This document shows, piece after piece, positions 25,734-35,977 of a DNA stretch of 64,000 bases. A program made the position numbers and the translations under genes. This DNA comes from an uncultured Gemmatimonadota bacterium (lineage in GTDB: Bacteria; Gemmatimonadota; Gemmatimonadetes; Palauibacterales; Palauibacteraceae): contig CAZTGV010000004.1 in NCBI GenBank assembly GCA_964613475.1, positions 12,375 to 76,374 of the forward strand, given 5' to 3'. Positions within the stretch are counted from its first letter, which is position 1, and each line of letters opens with the position of its first letter. The notes under the pieces were generated by a model. That model searched no databases. It was given only the letters and a program-made list of their open reading frames with translations, and was not told where the DNA came from.

Positions 25734-26564
25734 ATGGGTCCCCTCGGCGGCAGCTCCTCGGCCGTGCGCGCCCCCGCCGTCCTGCTCAAGCGGGCCGCCC
25801 TGGGCACCCAGCGCTACTTCGCCCTCCTCCTCCGGGTCGCGCGCACCGCGGTCAGCCGCCCGTTCTACGGGCGCGACCTGCTCCAGCAGATGGACCAGAT
25901 CGGCGTCTACTCGCTCGGGATCGTCGTCCTGACCGGGCTGTTCACCGGCATGGTGCTGGCCCTCCAGTCGGCCGTGGAGATGCGGCAGTTCGGCGCCACC
26001 GTCTACATCGGACGCCTGGTCGGAGCCAGCGCGGTACGCGAGCTCGGCCCGGTGCTGACCGCCTTGATGGTGACCGGCCGGGCGGGCTCCGGCATGGCCG
26101 CCCAGATCGGCGCGATGACGGTGACCGAGCAGGTGGACGCCCTGAGGACGATGGGCGTGGATCCGGTGCGCAAGCTGGTGACCCCGCGCGTGCTGGCCGC
26201 GCTGCTCATCTTCCCGCTGCTGACCGTGGTCACCGACGTGGTCGCCATCCTCGGAGGCATGCTGATCGCGGTGGTGCACCTGGACCAGACCGCGGACCTG
26301 TACATGCGGATGGTGTATATGAGCCTCGCGGACACGGGATTCGTGCTCCGGTACGTGCCGGTGGACCTCGTGTCGGGGCTGGGCAAGCCGATCGCCTTCG
26401 GCGGGATCATGGCGCTGACCGGGTGCTATTACGGACTGCAGACCGAGGGAGGGACCGAGGGGGTGGGCCGGGCCGCCACGCGCGCCGTCGTCACCGCCTC
26501 CATCCTCATCCTGGCGGCCGACTACTTCCTCACGCAGCTCATCATCGCCCTGCTGATCGAATGA
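25734..26564 (+). CDS. mlaE: MlaE-family ABC transporter permease
   Basis: ATG at 25734. QMDQIGVYSLGIVVLTGLFTGMVLALQ...TEQVDALRTMGVDPVRKLVTPRVLA. Confidence 0.9.
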   Translation: MGPLGGSSSAVRAPAVLLKRAALGTQRYFALLLRVARTAVSRPFYGRDLLQQMDQIGVYSLGIVVLTGLFTGMVLALQSAVEMRQFGATVYIGRLVGASAVRELGPVLTALMVTGRAGSGMAAQIGAMTVTEQVDALRTMGVDPVRKLVTPRVLAALLIFPLLTVVTDVVAILGGMLIAVVHLDQTADLYMRMVYMSLADTGFVLRYVPVDLVSGLGKPIAFGGIMALTGCYYGLQTEGGTEGVGRAATRAVVTASILILAADYFLTQLIIALLIE

Positions 26565-26571
26565 GGACCGG

Positions 26572-27402
26572 GTGACGGAGGACGCCCCCGGCGCCGCGGC
26601 CCGCCTGCAGGAGGAGGTGCGGGCCGAGGCCCGCCGCGAGCTCGATGACACGCGCCGTCCCCGTGCGGACGAGCCGCCGTGCGTGGAGGTGGAGGCGCTG
26701 CGGCTCTCCTTCGGGGGCGCCGAGGTGCTCCGTGGGGTGAGCTTCGAGGTCGACCGGGGCGAGACGCTGTGCATCCTCGGCGGATCGGGCGTGGGGAAGT
26801 CCACCATCCTCCGCCTGCTCCTCCGGCTGATCCCGCCCGACGCCGGCCGCATCCGGATCGACGGGCGCGACATCGTGGCCGCCTCCGACGACGAGGTGGC
26901 CGAGATCCGGCAGCGCATGGGCATGGTGTTCCAGGGCTCGGCGCTGTTCGACTCGCTCACCGTGTTCGAGAACGTGGCGTTTCCCCTACGCGAGCACCGC
27001 CGCATGGAGGACGCCGCCCTGGAGGCGCGGGTCCGGGAGGTGCTTCGCTTCGTCGATCTCGATGCCGACGCGATCGTGGGCCTGCTGCCCGCGGAGTTGA
27101 GCGGCGGGATGCGCAAGCGGGTGGGGATCGCCCGGGCCATCGTGCACGAGCCGGAGATCCTGCTGTTCGACGAGCCCACCAGCGGGCTCGACCCGATCAC
27201 CACCCGGACGATCGACGAGCTGCTGCTGAAGCTGCGCCGGGAGACCGGCGTCTGCTCGGTCGTGGTGACGCACGACATCCGGTCGGCCATCCGGATCGCG
27301 ACCCGCGCCGCCCTGCTGGCCGAGGGGGAGATCCTGTTCATGGGCACACCGGAGGAGATGTTCGCGGCGGAGGAGGCGTACGTGCGGGCCTTCCTGGGCT
27401 GA
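26572..27402 (+). CDS. mlaF: MlaF-family ABC transporter ATP-binding protein
   Basis: Walker A GGSGVGKST, signature LSGGMRKRV and Walker B LLFDEPTSGLD. Confidence 0.9.
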   Translation: MTEDAPGAAARLQEEVRAEARRELDDTRRPRADEPPCVEVEALRLSFGGAEVLRGVSFEVDRGETLCILGGSGVGKSTILRLLLRLIPPDAGRIRIDGRDIVAASDDEVAEIRQRMGMVFQGSALFDSLTVFENVAFPLREHRRMEDAALEARVREVLRFVDLDADAIVGLLPAELSGGMRKRVGIARAIVHEPEILLFDEPTSGLDPITTRTIDELLLKLRRETGVCSVVVTHDIRSAIRIATRAALLAEGEILFMGTPEEMFAAEEAYVRAFLG

Positions 27403-27412
27403 GGGGCGCGAC

Positions 27413-28393
27413 ATGCGACGGAGCGCGCCGATCACGTGGGACCAGATCCGGGTGGGCGTCTTCCTGCTCGTCGCCCTCTCCCTGCTCGCGCTGGGGATCT
27501 TCTTCATCGGCCGCACCGGTCACGTGTTCGGCGAGCGGTACCGGGTCGTGACCCTCCTCGGGTCGGCCGCCGGCCTCGCGCCGGGCGCGACGGTCCAGAT
27601 CGCCGGGCAGAGCGCCGGACAGGTGGACCGGATCGAGCTGATCGACCCCGCGCGCCGGCCTCCGGGCGGCGAGTCCGTGGCGGTGTGGCTGGCGGTGAAC
27701 CGGGAGGTGCGGCAGCAGGTCCGCGCCGATTCCCGGGTTCGGGTCCGCACCCAGGGACTGCTCGGCGACCGGCTGATCGACATCGAGCCGGGCTCGGCCG
27801 AGGCGCCGATCCTGACCGAGGGGGACACGATCCCCGCCGCGCCCGCCGTCAGCTTCAACGAGCTCTTCGACCACGCCTCCGAGGCGGTCGTGCACCTGAC
27901 GGATCTCACCCGGGGGCTGTCGGACGCCACCGAGCGCGTGCTCGGGGGCCAGGGGACGCTCGGTCGGTTGATGGAGGATGACGCGCTGTACGACCGGCTG
28001 GTGGCGCTGGCGGACGGGCTGGACCGGCTGCTCGCCGTGGCCACCGAGGGAGAGGGCCCGCTCGCGCGCATGCTGCGGGACGACGCCCTGTACGACCGGC
28101 TGACCGGGACGGCCGCATCCCTCGATACGCTCACCGGGCGCATCGCCCGCGGGGAGGGGAGCCTCGGCCGCCTGGTCGCCTCGGACTCGCTCTACCGGGC
28201 CCTGACCGGGGTGGCCGGCCGCACCGACTCGCTCCTCGAGTCCGTACAGGCGGGGCGTGGCTCGCTCGGCCGGCTGGTCACCGAGGACGCGCTGTACGAG
28301 GAGCTGCTCCGGGCCCTGGTCGACCTGAACGCGACGCTGGAGGACCTGCGCCGGGAGCCGCGGCGCTACATTCCGCCGATCGAGGTCTTCTGA
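27413..28393 (+). CDS. mlaD: MlaD/MCE-domain substrate-binding protein
   Basis: N-terminal TM anchor. MCE domain (VQIAGQSAGQVDRIEL). A long C-terminal helical repeat follows (LGRLMEDDALYDRL, LARMLRDDALYDRL, LGRLVASDSLYRAL, LGRLVTEDALYEEL). Confidence 0.85.
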   Translation: MRRSAPITWDQIRVGVFLLVALSLLALGIFFIGRTGHVFGERYRVVTLLGSAAGLAPGATVQIAGQSAGQVDRIELIDPARRPPGGESVAVWLAVNREVRQQVRADSRVRVRTQGLLGDRLIDIEPGSAEAPILTEGDTIPAAPAVSFNELFDHASEAVVHLTDLTRGLSDATERVLGGQGTLGRLMEDDALYDRLVALADGLDRLLAVATEGEGPLARMLRDDALYDRLTGTAASLDTLTGRIARGEGSLGRLVASDSLYRALTGVAGRTDSLLESVQAGRGSLGRLVTEDALYEELLRALVDLNATLEDLRREPRRYIPPIEVF

Positions 28394-28448
28394 GCCCGCG
28401 TCCCCGGCGGGATCAGTCGGAGGCGCTCGGCCGCAAGCCTTCCGACGG

Positions 28449-29033
28449 CTATCCGTCCTCCTCCGAGGCGCCTGCGCCCCGCTCTTCCTCGGAGCCCGTT
28501 TCCCCGTTCCCTGCCGCGGCGCCGCTGCCGTCCTCGGACGCATCGGCGCCGTCCCCACTCAGCCCGGCGATCTCGTGCATGGTGGTGAGCTCGAGGATCT
28601 CGAGCCGGATCGAGCGGGCGGGCAGCGAGACCTGGACCACGTCCCCCGGGCGGCGGCCGAGGAGCGCGCGACCGATCGGCGAGCGCATGGAGATCTCCGA
28701 GCTGTCGAGGTCCAGGGCGTCTCCGAAGGCGAGCACGTACTCCTCCACCTCGCCGGTGGCCACGTGCCGGGCGAGGACCTTCGAGCCGAAGCCGACCCGG
28801 TCGACGGGGATGTGCTCCCGGTCCAACTCCAGTAGCTCCGAGAGCCGGCGCGACAGGTAGTCTAGCCGGGCCTGCACGAAGCGCTGGCGCTCCAGGGCGG
28901 CGCTGTATTCGGAGTTCTCGCGCAGATCGCCGAGCGCCACGGCCCGTTCGATCTCCTTCGGAAGCTCGACGTTCAGCTCGTGGAGGAGAGCGCCCGCCTC
29001 CTCTTCCAGCCGTTCCCGGATCTCGTCCAGCAA
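28449..29033 (-). CDS. greA: GreA/GreB-family transcription elongation factor with acidic C-terminal tail
   Basis: GDLRENSEYSAALERQ in the coiled-coil finger and C-terminal SPIGRALLGRRPGDVV. A tail of about 45 aa rich in Gly, Glu, Asp and Ser is unusual. Confidence 0.8.
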   Translation of the reverse strand: MLDEIRERLEEEAGALLHELNVELPKEIERAVALGDLRENSEYSAALERQRFVQARLDYLSRRLSELLELDREHIPVDRVGFGSKVLARHVATGEVEEYVLAFGDALDLDSSEISMRSPIGRALLGRRPGDVVQVSLPARSIRLEILELTTMHEIAGLSGDGADASEDGSGAAAGNGETGSEEERGAGASEEDG

Positions 29034-29106
29034 TGTCCCCCCCTGAGCTACCGGGGCTTCGAGTCGAGGCGCGCCGGAACGGCGCGCCGATATGGGATAA
29101 GAAAAA

Positions 29107-29139
29107 GCCCGGGGCGTCCGGTCCTCGGACGCCCCGGGG
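29107..29139 (-). terminator. rho-independent terminator downstream of ssrA
   Basis: Perfect 13-bp inverted repeat CCCGGGGCGTCCG / CGGACGCCCCGGG with a short loop. On the minus strand it is followed by CTTTTTCTTAT. Confidence 0.65.
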
Positions 29140-29143
29140 AAAG

Positions 29144-29506
29144 TGGAGGCGGCGGGAATCGAACCCGCGTCCGCGAGCCCATCCGCTACAGGTCCTACGT
29201 GCGTAGCCTGCGCTTCGTGTCTCGCCGGCGACGGGTCCGCAGGCGACCCGCTTCCGGCCAGCCGCGTTCGGCTTTCGCCATCTCGCCGACGACGTCCGCG
29301 GCGGACGTCGACGGCCAGCCCGATTCATCGTCGCCTCCCACCCCGCCTCGGGCCGGGCCGAGCGGAAGACGGGCTACGTCAGATTACGCAGCCAGCGCCA
29401 AGTTGTCGTTGGCAGCTATGATGGTTCCCGGTGTTTTACGAGGTACCCGAGCACCTCGGCACGCACCCGCGGCTTCCGGTTCACGCGTCGAAGCCGTGTC
29501 GCCCCC
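29144..29506 (-). ncRNA. ssrA: tmRNA (transfer-messenger RNA)
   Basis: 5' end GGGGGCGACACGGCTTCGACGCG. 3' end GGGTTCGATTCCCGCCGCCTCCA. The acceptor stem has a G3:U pair. The tag reading frame GCT GCC AAC GAC AAC TTG GCG CTG GCT GCG TAA spans 29416-29384 and encodes AANDNLALAA. The terminal CCA is not fully encoded. Confidence 0.9.
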
Positions 29507-29616
29507 GAATTTTCAAGCAGCCGGAGCGGCCATCCGCCGACCGCCCCGAGACGGCGAACGGCGCGCCGCGCGCGCCGTCCGGTCCCCGCCAACGCTAGCG
29601 CCTACACCCCCCATCG

Positions 29617-30378
<762 letters not shown>

Positions 30379-30524
30379 ACGGTGTCGTCGCAGACCGGCC
30401 TCCTCCCGCGGGCTCCTTCCGCACCGCGCCCCCCGCGCGGCGGCTCCCGAAAAGCTGGACGCGACGCCTTCGCGCCGCCAGGCGCGGGCGCCGGCTCCGC
30501 CCCGGCGTCGCGCCGCATCTCGCT

Positions 30525-30554
30525 TTGACAGAATTTCCGAGGGGCGGGTATACT
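30525..30554 (+). promoter_or_regulatory. near-consensus sigma-70-type promoter for ptsN
   Basis: TTGACA-N18-TATACT lies about 90 nt upstream of the ATG at 30647, which is preceded by GAGGAG. Confidence 0.5.
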
Positions 30555-30646
30555 CGTGTCCGGAACTCCCCGATCGAGGCGTCGGACGGGACCGTCCCGA
30601 GCAGTCTTTCCCCGGCAGGCCTCCACCGACACGAGGAGCGCGATAG

Positions 30647-31099
30647 ATGAAGCTGAGAGACTTCTTCTCGCCCGAGACCATCGAGCTGGAGATGGCCTCG
30701 GAGACGAAGGACGAGTCGCTGAAGGAGCTGATCACCCTGTTCGGCCTGGACGAGAAGTCCGAAGGCATCCTGTTCAAGATGCTGAAGCGGCGAGAGAACC
30801 TGGGCTCCACGGGGATCGGACGCGGCATCGCGATCCCCCACTGCCGCTCGCTGGTGGTGAACCGGCTGCGGGTGGCCTTCGGGCGGAAGGCGTCCGGGCT
30901 GGACTTCAAGGCGATCGACGAGAAGCCGGTGCGATACATCTTCCTGATCGTGGCGCCCCCGCTGGAGGTCTCCAACCAGTACCTCCCCGTCCTCGGCAAG
31001 ATCGCGCAGTTCAGCAAGGAATCCGAGGTGCCCGCGCGGCTGGCCGACCTGGAGGAGGCCGAGGACCTCCTGCACCTGTTGGACGAGAAGGAGGTGTAG
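30647..31099 (+). CDS. ptsN: PTS EIIA-Ntr-type regulatory protein
   Basis: 150 aa. STGIGRGIAIPHCR is the phosphorylatable His region of the fructose/Ntr EIIA family. Confidence 0.85.
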   Translation: MKLRDFFSPETIELEMASETKDESLKELITLFGLDEKSEGILFKMLKRRENLGSTGIGRGIAIPHCRSLVVNRLRVAFGRKASGLDFKAIDEKPVRYIFLIVAPPLEVSNQYLPVLGKIAQFSKESEVPARLADLEEAEDLLHLLDEKEV

Positions 31100-31100
31100 C

Positions 31101-31460
31101 GTGCACCAGCAGCTCGAGCTACTGCTGGAGATCCAGGACCTGCAGGCGCAGAAGGGGAGTCTGGAGGCCGAGGACCCCGTGCGCGAGGTAGAGTCGGACG
31201 TGTTCGAGGTGCCGCTGGAGGAGGCGATCCGGCGCCTGGAGGAGAAGCTCGAGGAGCTAGAGTCGCGCCTGCGGGCGGACGTCCGGAACCGGTATCGACA
31301 GGTCGCCGGACGGGGCCAGCGCGCAGTGGTGCCCGTGCTGGAGGGGATCTGCTACGGCTGCTTCATGGCGGTGCCGACCGCCTGGGCGTCCGAGGCGGAG
31401 CGCAACGAGCGCCTCGACGTGTGCCAGAACTGCGGACGCTTCCTCTACCACGTGGCCTGA
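31101..31460 (+). CDS. coiled-coil protein with C4 zinc ribbon (COG1579-like, short form)
   Basis: GTG start 2 nt after the ptsN stop. Coiled-coil N-terminus. CYGCFMAVPT...CQNCGRFLY. Confidence 0.6.
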   Translation: MHQQLELLLEIQDLQAQKGSLEAEDPVREVESDVFEVPLEEAIRRLEEKLEELESRLRADVRNRYRQVAGRGQRAVVPVLEGICYGCFMAVPTAWASEAERNERLDVCQNCGRFLYHVA

Positions 31461-31542
31461 CGCGCGGCCGGGCGCCACCGGCCGGGCGGCGCCGTCGGGG
31501 GTGACGGCATCCGCAACGGCGGGCGACCGCGCGAGACGCGCC

Positions 31543-31989
31543 CTACCGCGCCAGGAGCAGCTTCCGGACCTGGCTCCGACCGGCCACAGAGAGCTGGACG
31601 AAGTAGGGACCGGGCGTGAGCCGGGCGCCCGACGCATCCCGTCCGTCCCACACCGCCTCGTAGGAGCCCGCCGCTGTCAGCCGCACGGCCTCGAGCGGCG
31701 GTCCCGCCTCCCCGCCGGCCGTGCGGAGCCGGGGACGCGCCACTTCCTGGTGCAGGAGGTTGTAGATCCGGATGGTGACCCGCACCCCGTCGACCGCATC
31801 GTGAAACAGCGCTTCGCCCAGGATGAAGGGGATGCGCGTCTCGCTCACGAAGGGGTTCGGGAAGGCGGGCTGGAGGGAGAAGGCCGTCTCCCCGGCCGAG
31901 CCGTCGGGCGGGGTCGACTGCCCCGCAGCCGACGACACCGGGCAGATCCCGAAGAGGACGGCGAGAGATAATAGAATATATTTGCGCAC
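31543..31989 (-). CDS. small secreted protein consisting of signal peptide plus FlgD-Ig/T9SS-type C-terminal domain
   Basis: The GTG at 31989 gives (M)RKYILLSLAVLFGICPVSSAAG. The remainder (AFPNPFVSETRIPFIL...VTIRIYNLLHQEV...GSYEAVWDGRDASGARLTPGPYFVQL) matches the FlgD-Ig / por-secretion-tail pattern. Confidence 0.6.
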   Translation of the reverse strand: MRKYILLSLAVLFGICPVSSAAGQSTPPDGSAGETAFSLQPAFPNPFVSETRIPFILGEALFHDAVDGVRVTIRIYNLLHQEVARPRLRTAGGEAGPPLEAVRLTAAGSYEAVWDGRDASGARLTPGPYFVQLSVAGRSQVRKLLLAR

Positions 31990-32093
31990 GTTGACGGGCT
32001 GCACATGAAGTGATTCGCGAAGTGCGGGCCGGCCGATCTCGCGCTGCGTCGAAAAGCTAGGCGCCTGACTCGCCCGTCGCCAACCTGGCGCTC

Positions 32094-33989
32094 CTAGCGC
32101 GCGGGGACCCGTCCTTCGCCCACCCGACGCGTCACCCCGGTGCGGTCCAGGTATTCGAGGATCGGGATCAGGTACTTGCGGCTCACCCCGAACGCCGTCT
32201 TGAAGGCGGAGGCCGGGGCCGGCGCTCCGCGGTCGAGGACGGAGCGGGCCGTCGTGACGATCCGCTCGGCCGTCGCCCGACTCACCCAGAGGTCGGGGCT
32301 GATCGGGACGACGGCCCCCTCCGCCTCGAGCCGGCGGAGCAGATCGTGCAGGAGCTCCCGGCTCCCGCCCACCCCTCGGGCGAGCGCCTCGAGGTCCGGC
32401 GGCTCCAGGCCGGCGCGCTCCAGCGTCCGGACGAGGCGCTCGGAGGCGCGCCGTTCCTCGGCCGTGAGGCGGGCCCGGTGCTCGGGAAGGCGGACCGAGG
32501 GTCCCTCCGCGACCACCTCCCCCCGCTCCGCCAGGCGGTCCAGCGCCAGGTCGACGAGCGGGAGGGCGAAGCGCTCGCCCGCCGCCGCCCGCAGCGCGCT
32601 CCGTGCGACCGCGGGGGCCCGCCGCCGGCTCCGGTGCATGCGCCCGAGCCGCTCGGTGAGGAACGCCTCCGCATCCCGGAGCGCGCCCGCGGCGAACCAT
32701 CGGTCGCCGGCCGCGCGGAGGCCCTCGGGCGGGGCGTCCGTCAGCGCGCGCAGGCGGCCGAGCGGCACCCCGGTGGCGAGCGGGAGGGCGTCCCGCGCCA
32801 GCCCCGCCCGGCCCGCCCGGCGCACCGCCGCCGCGAACGCCTCGGCCGGTCCGCCGTCCAGCACCGCGACCCACCCGTCCGCGCCCCCTTCCCACCGCCC
32901 GGGCGGCTCCAGCTCGGCGATCTCCCCGCCCCCGATCGTGGTGACCGGGGAGTAGAAGCGCAGGATGAAGCGGTCGCGCACGCGGACGACCAGCGGCCGC
33001 TCCAGGCGCAGCGCCGCCCAGCCTTCGCCGCCCGGCGGCAGGGGCGCGCGGCCGGGCAGCCGCACGCGCGCCATCGTCTCGCGCGTCCCGTGGAAGACCC
33101 GCACCCGCTGGTCGTGCTCGAGCGGCCGGCCCGCCTCGGGCAGCAGACGGAGCCGCGCGCCCACCCGCCGCGCCGGCCGCCACGCCCCGCTCCCGACGGC
33201 GGAGGTCCCGCGCGGCGCCTCCTCCGGCGCGACCCCGACCAGCGCGGCGGCGCAGCGCCGTCCTGCCCCCACCCGCTCGCGCGACGCGCCGTGCACCTGG
33301 AGCGCGCGCACCCGGGCCGTCGGTCCGTCCGGAAGGAGGCGGAGCTCGTCCCCGACCGCGACGACCCCGCTCCACACCGTCCCGGTGACCACGGTCCCGG
33401 TCCCGTGCACGGTAAAGGCGCGGTCGACCGGCAGCCGGAACAGGTCGTCGCTCGGCCGCGCCTCGCAGGACGCCGCCGCGGCGGCGATCCGGGCGCGCAG
33501 CGCGTCCAGCCCTTCGCCGGAGACGGCCGAGACGGGGACGATCGGCCACGCGGTCTCCGGACCGAGAACCCGGGTCAGCTCCTCCCGGACCGTCTCCCGC
33601 GCCAGCTCGCGCCATTCGGCGTCCACCCGGTCCACCTTGGTCAGTGCGACCAGGCCGCGTCGGACGCCGAGGAGGCGGGCGATCGACAGGTGCTCGCGCG
33701 TCTGGGGCATCGGCCCCTCGTCGGCCGCGACGACGAGCAGGACGAGGTCCAGGCCGGTGGAGCCCGCCAGCATGTTGCGGAGGAAGTCCTCGTGGCCGGG
33801 GACATCCACCACGCCGACCTCCGCGCCGTTGTCGAGCGGCAGCGAGGCGAAGCCGAGGTCGATGGTGAGCCCCCGCTCCTTCTCCTCGCGCCACCGGTCC
33901 GTGTCGACCCCGGTGAGCGCCCGGACGAGGGTGGTCTTCCCGTGGTCGACGTGACCCGCCGTGCCGAGGACTAGGCCGCGGTCGCTCAC
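32094..33989 (-). CDS. selB: selenocysteine-specific translation elongation factor
   Basis: G domain GTAGHVDHGKTTL, DVPGHE and TKVD. A long C-terminal winged-helix region ends in KYLIPILEYLDRTGVTRR, the SECIS-binding WH4 pattern. Confidence 0.9.
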   Translation of the reverse strand: MSDRGLVLGTAGHVDHGKTTLVRALTGVDTDRWREEKERGLTIDLGFASLPLDNGAEVGVVDVPGHEDFLRNMLAGSTGLDLVLLVVAADEGPMPQTREHLSIARLLGVRRGLVALTKVDRVDAEWRELARETVREELTRVLGPETAWPIVPVSAVSGEGLDALRARIAAAAASCEARPSDDLFRLPVDRAFTVHGTGTVVTGTVWSGVVAVGDELRLLPDGPTARVRALQVHGASRERVGAGRRCAAALVGVAPEEAPRGTSAVGSGAWRPARRVGARLRLLPEAGRPLEHDQRVRVFHGTRETMARVRLPGRAPLPPGGEGWAALRLERPLVVRVRDRFILRFYSPVTTIGGGEIAELEPPGRWEGGADGWVAVLDGGPAEAFAAAVRRAGRAGLARDALPLATGVPLGRLRALTDAPPEGLRAAGDRWFAAGALRDAEAFLTERLGRMHRSRRRAPAVARSALRAAAGERFALPLVDLALDRLAERGEVVAEGPSVRLPEHRARLTAEERRASERLVRTLERAGLEPPDLEALARGVGGSRELLHDLLRRLEAEGAVVPISPDLWVSRATAERIVTTARSVLDRGAPAPASAFKTAFGVSRKYLIPILEYLDRTGVTRRVGEGRVPAR

Positions 33990-34062
33990 CGCCGGAGCTC
34001 CGGTCGGAAGCCGCCGCGCCCGGGTGCGCGGCCCGGGCGGACGCCCAGGAGCCCGGTGTCCG

Positions 34063-34794
34063 TCACGGCAGTCGCCCCAGGAAGTCGAGCGAGCGCAAGC
34101 GGCTTCCCTCCGCCATGTGATGCCGGATGAAGTCCGCCAGGAGCTGGCCCTGCGCCCCGGCCAGGGACGATGGGAGCGGACCGCCGCCCGCCAGCCCCCG
34201 CAGGGTGGCGAGCTCCTCGGCGCTCAGCCACTCCCCGCCCGGCGGGCAGTCGGCGCAGCGGAGGCCGCCGGCCGCGCGGTCGAAGCGCCCCGGGTCGCCG
34301 GCCGGGATCGGACGGCCGCACCCCGCGCAACGCACCAGGTCGGGGGCGAAGCCGAGGGCGGCCACCAGGCGCCACGCCTGCCGGACGGCCGTCCCGCCCG
34401 GCCCCTCGGGCCCGGGCGCGAGCAGCGCGTCCAGCCCCTCCACCAGGGCGCGGTACACGCGGTCGTCACGGTGCTCCGGCGCCAGCCGGAGCACGATCTC
34501 GCACAGCACCGAGGCCCCGGTGAAGCGCTGGAGGTCCGCCCCCAGCGCCTGGCGCTCCCGCACGAGTTCGAAATCCGACAGGGTGTGGAGATCGCGGTTC
34601 TCCCGCACGTACAGGGTGGCGTTCCCCTCCGCGAACGGTTCCAGCAAGCCCCCGAAGCGGCTCTTCGGCCGCAGGGCGCCCCGGGCGATCGCCGAGCGGG
34701 GGCCGTGCTCCCGCGTCATGAGGCGCAGGATCTTGCTCGTGTCGCTGTAGCGGTACGTCTTGAGGACGACCGCGCGCGTGGTCACCAGCCCCAC
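34063..34794 (-). CDS. recO: DNA repair protein RecO
   Basis: AVVLKTYRYSDTSKILRLMTREHG is the OB-fold N-terminus. Zinc-finger cysteines are CAGCGRPI...LRCADC. Confidence 0.85.
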   Translation of the reverse strand: MGLVTTRAVVLKTYRYSDTSKILRLMTREHGPRSAIARGALRPKSRFGGLLEPFAEGNATLYVRENRDLHTLSDFELVRERQALGADLQRFTGASVLCEIVLRLAPEHRDDRVYRALVEGLDALLAPGPEGPGGTAVRQAWRLVAALGFAPDLVRCAGCGRPIPAGDPGRFDRAAGGLRCADCPPGGEWLSAEELATLRGLAGGGPLPSSLAGAQGQLLADFIRHHMAEGSRLRSLDFLGRLP

Positions 34795-34831
34795 GAAGAC
34801 CTCCGGAAGCCCCTCCGGTCCCCCGGTCCGA

Positions 34832-35947
34832 TCAGCGCCGGAAGACCAGGTCGGTCGAGCCGAAGCCGGTCGCGAGGCTCGAGGCGGACCGCTCGTCCTC
34901 CCCGAACAGGTGCAGGCTCCCCGTCTGCTCGGCCCGGAAGGTGGCGCACAGCAGGCGCCCGTCCAGCAGGGCGATGGCCGTCCAGCAGTCGACGGGCGAG
35001 CCGTCGGCGGCGAGCGGCCGGATCGGATCGTCCGGACCGCGCACCCAGACGCCGGCGAACGGATCCAGGCTCAGCACGTCCGTGGTCTCGAAATCGCCCG
35101 TTCGGACGATGTACGCCAGTCCGTCCCGGCCCGGCCGGATGGAGATCCCGTTCCCCTCGAGGGGGAAACTCTGCACGACCGACGCCGTCGTCGCGTCGAC
35201 CAGCACGACCCGGCCGTCGCCCTGCGGGACGAACGCCCCCTCCTCGAAGGCGAAGGTGCCGCCGGCCAGGACGACCAGGCGGCGCTCCGCCGTGAGCACG
35301 TCCGTGGCGTTGAAGGCGCCCTCGAGGGTGATCTCCTCCTGCACGGTGGCGTTGTTGCGGGTGAGCAGGAACACGCGGGCCGGCCCGACCGGCTGGAAGT
35401 CCTCCCCGAGGTTCGCGTCGATCGCCGCCAGCGTGTTCTCGTCTACCGGGACGACCCGCTCCACCCAGCGCCCGACCCCTTCGGAGAGCCGCTCCGCCAC
35501 CTCCGACTCCGCGGGACGCACCCGGTAGATCGCGTCGTCGCCCCGGCCGGCGACCCAGATCTCGGTCCGTCCCGCCTGGTCGCGCCCGAAGGTCGGCTTG
35601 GACGGGTTCACCTCCGTCGCCTCCGGCTCCGGAAAGACGAGGAGCTGCGTCTCGCCCGTATCCAGGTCCCCGAACACGAGCTGGCTTCCCCCGAACGAGC
35701 TGACCGAGACGACGAAGAAGGGATTGAGCACGTCGATGGCGTCGCCGTCGAACTGCTCGGGGAGGACGATCTCGGAGCCGACCCGCTCGAGGCCCCCGTT
35801 CACGTCGAACTGGACGATCGTCTGCCCGACCGAGTTCAGCACGGCCAGCGTGCCCCCGACCGGCTGTTCCGGCAGCGTGACGTCGCTGCACGCCGCGCCG
35901 GCCAACAGGAAGAACGCCCCGAGAAGGATCCCGACCCATCGTCTCAT
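34832..35947 (-). CDS. hypothetical lipoprotein (beta-propeller-like), last gene of the riboswitch-controlled uptake operon
   Basis: ATG at 35947. MRRWVGILLGAFFLLAGAAC signal and lipobox. It starts 30 nt after the TonB-dependent receptor stop. Confidence 0.6.
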   Translation of the reverse strand: MRRWVGILLGAFFLLAGAACSDVTLPEQPVGGTLAVLNSVGQTIVQFDVNGGLERVGSEIVLPEQFDGDAIDVLNPFFVVSVSSFGGSQLVFGDLDTGETQLLVFPEPEATEVNPSKPTFGRDQAGRTEIWVAGRGDDAIYRVRPAESEVAERLSEGVGRWVERVVPVDENTLAAIDANLGEDFQPVGPARVFLLTRNNATVQEEITLEGAFNATDVLTAERRLVVLAGGTFAFEEGAFVPQGDGRVVLVDATTASVVQSFPLEGNGISIRPGRDGLAYIVRTGDFETTDVLSLDPFAGVWVRGPDDPIRPLAADGSPVDCWTAIALLDGRLLCATFRAEQTGSLHLFGEDERSASSLATGFGSTDLVFRR

Positions 35948-35977
35948 GTCAACGCCCCTTTCTGGACTCGATGCCAT

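Noticed and set aside
24486-27347. N-terminal ~950 aa of the 1085-aa minus-strand ORF 24090-27347
   Set aside because: Only the last 131 codons (RidA, GTG at 24485) look like a real protein. The rest overlaps hldA in another frame and is antisense to mlaE and mlaF.
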